Source: Pavona decussata
Lineage: Eukaryota
Reading direction: 5' to 3'
Assembly (NCBI GenBank): GCA_977016875.1
Contig: CDRNST010000093.1
Coordinates: forward strand, 744,001 to 808,000
DNA length: 64,000 nt
The notes under the pieces were generated by a model. That model did no database searches, had not been told where the DNA came from, and was given only the letters and a program-made list of their open reading frames with translations. A program made the translations under genes and the position numbers. Shown here piece by piece: positions 38,668 to 48,718 of the stretch. Within the stretch, counting starts at the first letter, position 1; the number at the start of each line of letters is the position of its first letter.

Positions 38668-40132
38668 ATCGCTGTTCAAGACTGACCAATGTATGTAGTT
38701 AGAGTTCAATGTGGGAAAATGTCAGTGAAATTTGCTGTCACAGTGACATAAAAACTTGTTAAAGCAAATAAAATTTCGCGATGCAAGGAAACTTTTCTCC
38801 AGCCGGAAAGCTCAACGTTCAGGACCAGAGGTCATTTTATTCTAGAGAAATAGGAAAACGATCAATGAATAAAAATGTTTGTCTAAAAATTACATGAATT
38901 CCTCAATTTATGCCGACGTGGTCAATCAGGTACGTAGGCAGACGGAGGTGAAAAGAATTCAGAATGTTAAATACAATATCAACAAATAAAACAAAACATT
39001 ATTTGTACCTTGGAACTGTAGTCTAATGGGGCAATCCTCGTATCAGATGAAATCAAAGTAGGAAAAGGTGATCTTTTTTCCACCAGTTGTTGCGATCAAA
39101 AAAATATAATGTACTTGCGTTCAATAGCAACTGACTAAATAAAAGTTGGTCCACTGAGCGGTATAGTGGTAGGTTGTAAGATCACTGTACTGAAACCGTC
39201 ATAAAATGAGGCTATAACTTGATATTTGCCAATGGCGTTTTGTGATATGTGATTTTACTCATTATGCATGATTTCTTGGAAATCCAGGATGTGTTGACAA
39301 TCATTTACATTTCAGACATTTCAACTTGAACTCTGGAACTACACCAAATCATTCCTATTATAAAAATTAGATATTCTGTTTGAGGTGGTTTGATTGCACA
39401 GAAAAGATGATCGAAATAAGTATGATATGAGCAGAAATCGGAAGACTTCAAATGTCGCTATTCAATTTGTAGGGTTCAAAGGCCACATACAAAATTTTCC
39501 ACGAAAACCACTGTGACGAATACGCGTATAATTTTACATACCTCTAACGGTATTTCTTGGAACTGAGACTTTGCATGCTAAATTATAACAGATATTAGCC
39601 TGAAGTATTTTAAATAAGAGCGGCGAATGGGTTTACTAGTTGCTAAAATTTTATTTTGTACTTTTACTTTCTATAGCAAATGAATCAGAATTAGAACGCT
39701 AGACTGAGAGAGACTGAGCGAAGCATAGGAACATGTCACGTTCGGTTCCGCTGAGAGCGTGATCTTAGTTGAGTTCCCGGCGTTTGGCTTTTGATAGCAT
39801 TATCCAAAAATACTAAAATCAGTTTGGAAAGAGAAATTCTTCTCATTCTTAGCCGGTAAACAGTAAACGCCGTTACATTCCAGGCGTATTCCTATTTTTT
39901 TTTTTTTAATCATAACTGTAGGTTTACTGAAGATCCCAGTTGATGATTTAACCGAATTCATCGATACTCTCGAATCATCAGCTTAATTGACAGTTTTCCC
40001 CCTAAAACTTACCTCAAATAACCATTCAGTGTTGCAGCAAAGGTAAAGCAATGTTAACACAGCCTGGTATTGATTATTCGAGCGCTGAGAAATTTGGTAA
40101 TCTTGGGTGTCAAGCTGTTGATCTGACTCTTC

Positions 40133-40165
40133 TACGCATGTGAGATTTTCCGAGAAAATGGATCT
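40133..40165 (+). promoter_or_regulatory. Composite cassette TACGCATG-N7-TTCCGAGAAAATGGATCT (GAS intact, ISRE half degenerate)
   Basis: 139 bp upstream of ATG 40287. Confidence 0.4.
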
Positions 40166-40286
40166 AAGTGAGTGAAACCACCAAGGAAAACAGAAACCTT
40201 ACACCTATTGCTTCTTGTCAACTAACCTTGCAAATAAGGAACCACTTGCGATTTTTTTAAGCCGGAGGGTTTTCGATTCTTTCATC

Positions 40287-40739
40287 ATGCCCTGGTCAGC
40301 ATCCCAGCAACAAAGGCTAGCGTTTGAAAAGGATTTGTTGGAGAAATACTTTCGCGGCAGAGTGTCCTGGATTAATCCAACTGGCGACACGAGAGTTGAA
40401 GTCAAAGTAACTTGCACCAACGACAAACAGTACACGCTTCGAGTGTACCTGCCTTCAGACTACCCAAGCTCTTGCCCAGAAATGGTTGTGAAGTCCCCCT
40501 ATTGGTTTGGTGGCTATTTGAAGAAGAAAGATGGCACTAAGATGAATGATGCGGATGGTGAAGATCACACCTATGGCAACCGAGATGGCTGCACGCAGAT
40601 TTGCCATTTCAACCCGTCTTTGTGGCAGGACGACAACACATTATATCAGGTGTTCATGAAAGGATTGATTTGGCTGGAAGCTTATGAGGCTCATCTTCGC
40701 ACTGGAAAATCCCTGAGCACATATCTGCGAGAGATGTAA
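40287..40739 (+). CDS. Non-canonical E2/UBC-fold protein, copy 5 (150 aa)
   Basis: True ATG at 40287 (MPWSASQQQRL); YLPSDYPSSCP; DHTYGNRDGCTQICHF. Confidence 0.87.
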   Translation: MPWSASQQQRLAFEKDLLEKYFRGRVSWINPTGDTRVEVKVTCTNDKQYTLRVYLPSDYPSSCPEMVVKSPYWFGGYLKKKDGTKMNDADGEDHTYGNRDGCTQICHFNPSLWQDDNTLYQVFMKGLIWLEAYEAHLRTGKSLSTYLREM

Positions 40740-41674
40740 CTGTGCTTCTCTCGAACTGCAGAAATAATCACTCTTTTCTGCTGCAGGTTTAGTTTATTTA
40801 AGCCATGTGAGCTAAGCCTACGTTTTGAACTGTTCCGTGAGCTAGTGTACCGTGATCAGTTATGTTTAGCGATACGATTTCTCCGTTCGGTGAAGTCTAC
40901 ACATTTAAAATTATATTAAATCAGTAGGACATGACCATGATCGATGATCAATAATATAGATTGTAAACAAACGCAGAAATATCATCATAGCTAGCAAGCA
41001 GGCTGTACTTCTTGTAATAGAATCAGCCAGTATTCTTTTATACAATCATGACAAAGAATTAAATAGGTGCAAAAACTCTATGCAGACATTTTCTTTCAAA
41101 TTTCCAAACAGTGAATCAGGGTTTAATTTAACCTGCCGCAAAATAATAAGACAGCCCTTCCCCCCCTCCCCCCCCCCCGCCCCGCCTCGGAGAAGATTGG
41201 GGGAGGGAGAGGGCTTCTTTTTGAGCTTTTTACGGGCAATTACGTAGCACATTTTGAATAAGACGCATCAGTGGCTGATTTCTTAGAACCGCTCCGGATA
41301 CAGTTAACTTAATTGAGCATAACTTAACTACAGTGCTGTTCGCAAATGATTTAATGGCATTTCTGTTTTTAGCATTTTTCACTCGAAAATGTTGACCATC
41401 GAATTTAAAAGACAATAACAACAAAACCTTCGTTTCGTGGATTGCTGGAAGCAAAGCTGGGTGGATTCCTCGTAATTAACTCCGTGGAATAATGTGAAGA
41501 TTAATAAATTTGAGTTTCCGAGGAGAATTTCTAAGATGACCACAGTGTCACCTGTAAATGTTCTAGCCGTGGATTCATAAATATATTTTCTTTTCAAAAA
41601 TATTGGCTGATCATCACCAGATCATGCGGTCACCGGTATGTAGAACATGTTGAAAATTTCACTTCCGCCTTGAC

Positions 41675-41750
41675 TTCCGGGAATCATTTGTTTACATTTT
41701 CAATCCATTCCAGCATCTACGCATGTGCTATTTTCCAAGAAAGCGTAACT
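41675..41750 (+). promoter_or_regulatory. TTCCGGGAA (STAT consensus) plus composite cassette TACGCATG-N7-TTCCAAGAAAGCGTAACT
   Basis: 41675-41683 and 41718-41750; the cassette's GAS starts 155 bp upstream of ATG 41888. Confidence 0.5.
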
Positions 41751-41887
41751 CAGTAAGTAGGGCAAAAACCCAAGCGCACACAATAGTCGACATTCGCCAT
41801 TCGAATCTTCAAGAATCTTCTTTGCTTCTGATCTAGCATAGCGGCGCTCGGTTTGGTTTTGCAATTCACATCGTTCTTCGCAGCATC

Positions 41888-42331
41888 ATGCCTTGGTCAG
41901 CAAACCAGCGACAAAGACTCGGGTTTGAGAAGGATTTATTAGAGAAATACTTTCGAGGCAGAGTGTCTTGGATTAATCCAACTGATGACACAAGAGTTGA
42001 GGTCAGAGTGACTTGTACCAACGACAAACAGTACACGCTCAGAGTGTACCTGCCATCAGACTACCCAAGCTCCTGCCCTGATATGATTGTAAGCAGCGCT
42101 TCATCCTGTTTGAGAAGAAAAGATGGTTCTTCCATGAGTGGCATGAACGGAAGTGATCACACCTTAGGAACCAGAGATGGGTGCACAAAGATTTGCCATT
42201 TCAACAATAGCCTGTGGAAGGATGACAACACTTTATATCAGGTCATCATGAAAGGCCTAATTTGGCTGGAAGCTTATGAGGCGCATCTTCGTACTGGGAA
42301 TCCACTGAGTAGATATTTGGCAGAAATGTAA
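41888..42331 (+). CDS. Non-canonical E2/UBC-fold protein, copy 6 (147 aa)
   Basis: MPWSANQRQRLGFEK; YLPSDYPSSCP; DHTLGTRDGCTKICHF; WLEAYEAHLRTG. Confidence 0.87.
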   Translation: MPWSANQRQRLGFEKDLLEKYFRGRVSWINPTDDTRVEVRVTCTNDKQYTLRVYLPSDYPSSCPDMIVSSASSCLRRKDGSSMSGMNGSDHTLGTRDGCTKICHFNNSLWKDDNTLYQVIMKGLIWLEAYEAHLRTGNPLSRYLAEM

Positions 42332-45300
42332 TTTTTCGGAGCTTTGATTGTGGAGGAAAATGTTAACAGAACAATCGTAATGTTTCCCACAGGACTCTGG
42401 TATTGTTTCGTTATAATAATAATATATCACTTGATGTTGAATATAGGCGCTTAGCGCATAAATTAACTAGAGAACGCATCCGGCCTAGCTGCACCTTCTT
42501 GTTCAAGTTAGCAAACACTAACATTGCAACTGCCCTAAGTTAACGTATAGTGAATTTTGTACAGATCTTTGAATCTCAAATAGCTAGATTGAAATACCCT
42601 GTCGCTAGTATAATTATCAAATATGAAAGTGTTTAGAAGAAACAAGGATTGAATTTTTGTGGTTGAGGGGCTTTGTTAGTAAAGTGAAACCGAATGTATG
42701 CAAATTAAGGCGTCGATTCTTGGAAATACAGGAACTTATAAAAGATAAAAATAAAAGTATTGTCAAAAGGATTGGATTTCGAGGTGACTGTGTGCGTGAG
42801 GGAGGGGATAACAAAGATTTGACAAAGGGATTAGAGCGAGCAACATAATAAATCCTTGGGGTAGGGAGGGGTGGCTTTAGCACATTGGTGACTCCGGTGG
42901 GTGGGTGGGTTGGAGCTATTGGTTCTCCCCCACAACATCATTGTTAAGTGGTTACTGTTGATCTTTTAAATCCTGGCTTCCATTCTATAGACCCTAAAAC
43001 TATTATACCGGTGACAGCTAGCTGCAAGGCCAGGGAACTTGTTTCGATGGACGACAATCCAGCTTGATCAGTAACTAACTGAATAACTATTGCGTTTTTC
43101 AGGATTTATTTCAATTCTTTCGCGTAACGCTCGAGTAGCTGGCATCAGTGAGGAAATAAATTCCCTGCAAATTTCAGGTCTGTTAGTGTGAGCTCTCGCG
43201 TCAACTGCAGCGCCATGACCAGAATTGACACACCAAACTGTTACCAAATAAATTTCGGGAAAAGTCACAAAATTTGTGCATTTGTTCACACATTGAAAAT
43301 ATTATAATTGTTTAATGCCCGCGTGAGTAAGTTCATGTCACTTTTAACCTTTTTGTCATCTTAAGAGTCACGTAATCCAAAATGTGTTCATAGTTTTGCA
43401 GAACAGAGGGATGTGAACGAACTTGTAAATTTTAGAGAAATTGAGAAAATGAAGATTGAGAAGATTTCAGGCGATTGAAAATTAAATTTGGAGGTTAATA
43501 ATTAAGTGACGAACACCAAATGGTTGGCTACCAACCTGATGTGCACAAGCGTTGCTTAAGCGTGACTGAATGTGTGCATATGTCTTTTTTTTCTTCTTTC
43601 ATGTATATCACCCCCTTCATTCGTCCGATGCTTTCCAGAGTGAAAAACCGTGGAGAAAGAAACCGGTTTACCCGCGGACATGTGCCACTACTCGGTCACT
43701 ATTTTCGACAATACTTCCATGTGTAAGCGGTGAGAGACTAATCATAGATTAGATGGGTATTTCTTTATTTCTGTGGCGTATTAAACGGGGTCGACCGGAA
43801 AGCTCTTTATTTTTAGAATGGCAGCCAACGGCTCGCTGAGTCAAGTGCATAATGTTCCGCCGACACCGCATAAATTAATTGTCCAGAATAAATTGTGAAC
43901 GGAGGGAAACGTTCAGGAACGTTTTGAGCCGCTTGAGGAAAGTTTTTGGGCCGGAAGTGAAGGACGAAGAATCGCATTACAGACTCAAACTTCATAAGGT
44001 TATTGACCAAAGAATTAAGTTTGATAATTCATTCACTTTGAGTAAATGTTTAAGCAAAACTGTTGGGTTAAAGTTTTGTTTGAGTCATCAATCAGCTGCA
44101 AAACAATCGAGGAAATATTGCTAGATCTTCCTGAATGGCAGGTTTTCGCTTTGTAAGAACAAGCAGAAGACACACGGCTTGGTATAATGGCTCATATACC
44201 ATGGCTGCTAAGCCAATCGGATCCCTGGAATTGTAGTATACAATAATTCAGTTTTCAATAATGTGTTATATTTGTTAGATGTTGTCGTTGGACAAGCAAA
44301 TACACAAACAAAGAAAACAAAAACAATGGTGATCAAACAAGATCTGCAAAACGTTCCAACATCATTTGACCAAAGAAACGTTGGCAGACGTGGTTGGACT
44401 TTGCATAGTCCGATGTTATAAAAATATTTAATTTAATATTTCAAACTCAAGGGAGTCTCTTTCATCCGATTTCCTAACACTAAGAAAAGGGTTGAAATAG
44501 GAAAGCACAGCCAAGTTTTTTCTAGAACCAACTTTGGGGTGTTTGATATAGCTTCTCAAACCATTTGAGACCATTAGAAAATTTTTCGGAAAAATTCAAG
44601 GAAAAGTTTGCCAAATTTACTGATAAAGATCATATTTCCCAACCTCGTTCACGGTAGTGATTTCCTTTGTTTTCTGCTGGTGAATTGTCAATGTGTTTTA
44701 CATTTACTAACTTTTAACTCCGGAAACTATCTGGGCAATATTGGAGCATTTATCATAACTAAAGATTCAATTTTCGTTACTATCCATATCGAAAAAGTTA
44801 CCCTTTCATTTTGGGGGTAACAAAAGTATTTGAAATTAGCGCGCACAGGTTTACACCCCGTCTTACACAAAGACTCGAAGTCCAAGAAAATAAGCCTGGT
44901 CATTGTCATTCTTAGTTGCCATTGAACTATGGCGTTTAACAAGTGATAAACAACTAGTGCAACGATTTTACGATCACTGCTATTAGAATTTGCTCACGTA
45001 TCGGACGAAATTCCTGTTAAGACATACAATTAGTTTGCTTGCTCTGTTGACATATGTTAATATAAATTTATTACACTAGACGCTCGAGGTAACAGCGTAC
45101 CATACCTGAAAGATGTCTACATTTGGATTATACGGCATGAAGGAGGTGCCATCTCTCTTTATAGCGGAGCATCTTATTTAGGTTTACTGTTAGTTTTAAC
45201 TTCATCAGCGAACTAGATTTGCAGGGCCGTGAATATATTTTCCCTATGCAGAGTCTTTCTCTGAGCGAAAACAAGTATATCCCGAGGAACATGGGTGGGC

Positions 45301-46670
45301 AGGGGCCGGTTATTTAAACTGATAGCTTTATTTTTAAGAAGCCAGGTAGAGGAAGAACTGATAACGGAGATTGCATACTGCAGTGAACTGTAGAGATTTG
45401 GACCCGATTGTTCCAAAGCGGATTGTAGCTAATCCAGCTGCCTATACGTAATGTAGGGATTAAACTTCTCATGTCGATGTTGGTCTAGAGTTTTTTATTA
45501 AGCAGAAATGGAGAAAAGTCTAAATTAAAGTTGTAGCTATTTAGGAAAATTGTTTATTGTTCAGCTATTTAAAAACATTCACCCTAACTGTCGATCAGAC
45601 CATGCAGCCTCTCTAGATAGCCAGCCCTACAGGTGGTCTGGATGTTCCGCAAAGTGCGGATAAATAACGTCTTGGAGCAAATCGGGACTACCCAATGGAT
45701 CAAATTTGTCCGCTGGATAAGGGGTTTTCCTGTTATTGAACAGACGGGATCTACTGGGAGTGGCACTGCTGAATCTGTATTGGATATCACGTGGCACAAA
45801 ATTGAATTGGAAAGACGAAGAAAATCCTCGTCTATGCGAAGATATTGTTACTTAGTTATTGGTATATAGTATCTTACTAATTGTTTCTATCTTTGGAATT
45901 GTATTTATTTAGGGTTTTAACTAAACTGGCTTTTCTCACGTAGTACGTATCTTTGTAATTGTAACGTAGTATCACATCTTGTAACAACGATTTGTTATTT
46001 TAGCCCGTGCCATATAAGCCCCTGGCTTCGGCATCGCATTGTAATTTCTAATCTGTGCTGAGTTAAAGAGTTATTATTTAAGTTATTAATAGTTATTTAA
46101 GTCCACAAACGATTACCTAACCGCCATCAAGAATATATGTTTCGGTAGATCACTTGTAAGAGATCTACAGAACGAAGAGGACACGTTTTTCCACAAGGAA
46201 TGCTTTGATAACAAAATGCCCCTAAAGTATGTCCATTGAGTTCAGTTACAGAGTAGCCCTGACAGTCACTCATATCTTATGACGGTACAGATAATAAAAT
46301 CCTGGATCATTTTTAAGGGGCTCCGATTACAAACTGTAAAATTGGATGAATAAGATCACGTGATGTGCTTTTTACCGCATTCATTCATAGCGCCGACATT
46401 TTTGTAGCAGCTACAAGACCTTGAAGGGAATGAGCTAACAAGGTAAATGATTTTTGCCAGTCAGGGGGCGCAACTTGTCCTACTTGATTAAATAATTAAA
46501 GGAGCTTGTACTCTCACTTTATATCAGCTGTAAGCTTTAAAGCTTGTGGTATCTATAAGTGGCAGGAGAAATTGAGGACAGTCAATTCATAAGCAGATTG
46601 TACTGAAACTCTAAACTGTCTTTACAAGCAAACGGAAACCTCCAAAAGGTTGGGTAATTTGTATTTTCAC

Positions 46671-47165
46671 ATAGAGCAGTTTTAATTTAAGTAAAATGTA
46701 AAACCAAACCACGAAACCCAAAGCCATTACTCTAATCAACCAGAACAGTTGTAAATGGCGCAATGAAACAATCAAAACTCGAAGCAAACACACGTCCGTA
46801 ACCGGTTACAAGAGCGGGAAAAGTTTGGTTTTCGTATGTTTCTCATTGGTTGACAGAGCGGCGGCGAGTTTTGCAAATCACAGAGTACAGTAGAGCAGTT
46901 TTCAATTGACTGTCAAAAGTAATTTGGCAATTGCATTGGTTTTGCTGTTGCTTTACTTCGCTCTGTTATTTGTTAGCAAAACGTGCGCTATTTTCTCAAG
47001 CAATAAGGAGCAAAACCAAAACTATAACCGTGACCTGCCCGAACGCGTTTTACCCCGGTTGGCGCTGGTTACATGTTTTTAGTTCTGATTACTCGTTGCG
47101 CTGTTTACATTTTTCATGATTGGCCAGAAAATTAACTTTGGTTTTCGTTTCACGACACTGAAGCA
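46671..47165. repeat. Two adjacent degenerate copies of a MITE-like repeat (TAGAGCAGTTTT... termini)
   Basis: TAGAGCAGTTTT at ~46672 and ~46891; internal segments are reverse complements (GTAACCGG..CAAGAGCGGGAAAA vs TTTTACCCCGGTTGGCGCTGGTTAC). Confidence 0.45.
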
Positions 47166-47929
47166 AAGTGAAAGAAAAAGTAGGAGATTGAACGCTGTTC
47201 TGTCTGAAGTATATCCTTTCTCTGGCGATTGAAGTAAACAACACTTGTTAAAACAAGCATTCACACATTTATAAGCTCAAAGTTGTTCAGAAAATTGCCC
47301 AGATTAGACACCATACTACTAGTTGTCGCCAACTGATTTTGGGAACAATTGTTTTCCATTTTCTCGGCTGTTACCGGGTCCACACAAGACAACTTGTATT
47401 TGCTACAACGAGTTTACTGAAAAACTTGTTGGTGGTGTGGTACCTGAATATACAACCAATAATGCTATGAGTTTAACTGAGTAAAATAAATAGACACCAT
47501 GGCGTACAACAGTGATTAGACAGAAGGCATAATTTGCGATATGAAAATATATCTCACTTTGGCTTTCTTCTCGCGCGCTAAAATAATATCCCCAAAAAGA
47601 GCGCGCTGAGGTGTCCGTTTAAATCTTAGAAAACTAATATAAATACACTGTAGATGTACAGTTCAAAAGGTACGTGCAGTTAAAAAAAAAAAAAAAACAA
47701 GAAAAAAAAGTACTGATCATGAACTGTCAAAATCATGTGAACTTTCTTTTCAACAACAATAATCTTGATTCATTTTAAACTAGTAAGTCGCACGCGTTTT
47801 AAGTTCAACCTTAATCAAATAACAGCACTTTCTAGTGCACACGCGGTACCGTGTTATTATTTTTTTTTTTCGTTTTAAAAGCGGCTGGCACTGGTTTCCT
47901 TCACTTTGCAGCACTTAAACTATGACAGA

Positions 47930-48415
47930 TTAATAGAACTATTCTTTATCACTTGTTACAACAATAATGGTATCAAAAACATGCCTTAATATTTTTGAAC
48001 AAGATATGGTCATTTTCTTGACAAAACAGGTTACCATAGCAACAGTATGACTTGTTAAAAACACCCCTTATTTTATCTTGAAGCGGTTATAACTAAAAAA
48101 CGAACTCGGTGACCCCCTATTTTTTTTTATCATGGAACTACAAATCAGCATGTTTAGATACAAGTTTTTGCAAAAACTTTGCAAAAAAAAAAAAAAAAAC
48201 GTATCGTAACACGCTGATTTCAATTCCATATTAAAAAATGGGGGTCACCGAGTTCATTTCTTAGTTATAACCACTTAAAGGTAAAACAGTAGGGATGTTT
48301 TACTGTTGTTATGGTACCCCATTATGTTGACAAAATGGCCATAACTTGTTTACTCTGCTAATGCTTTCTTGGTATCATTATTGTTCTATCAACTAATAAA
48401 GAGTGGTAGAATCGA
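47930..48415. mobile_element. Long imperfect hairpin (MITE-like)
   Basis: GGTTATAACTAAAAAACGAACTCGGTGACCCCC (~48085-48118) is inverted at ~48240-48272 as GGGGGTCACCGAGTTCATTTCTTAGTTATAACC, and pairing extends outward. Confidence 0.65.
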
Positions 48416-48718
48416 TCCGTCATCTCAGCTACATCTACATCTGCATTTATACATGGCAAAGGTTGCTCATCGCGCCCGTCAAAGTGTAAGTGCTGGAATG
48501 TAATGGAAACCGCTGCCAGCCACCTTAACTTGTACAGTATGGTTATAACATTGTACTATAGAATTTGTGCATCAGAAATCCTAGTGTAATCGTCCATATT
48601 GTTTGTGTCATATTGTGTACTATGCTGAACAATGTGGTTATGGCTTTGAAGCCTGTGGACGAGAGTATCTCCTTTTCTGAAGTTCGTGAGGCGGTAAAGT
48701 CGCATGTGACCCTTTCTT

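Noticed and set aside
40215-40286. 24-aa N-terminal extension of E2-like copy 5
   Set aside because: TTG start; all paralogs begin MPWS.
41160-41215. Poly-C/G tracts (also ~25050, ~28485, ~50390) as G-quadruplex elements
   Set aside because: Low-complexity runs with no positional or comparative support.
26370-42331. Bacterial contamination or a true operon as the source of the E2/JAB cluster
   Set aside because: Spliceosomal introns, kb-scale spacers, a separate promoter cassette per gene, and contiguity with Tbx20.
42400-47900. Short 60-90 aa ORFs between the E2-like array and Tbx20
   Set aside because: No recognisable motifs or consistent splice structure; mostly repeat-derived or random.
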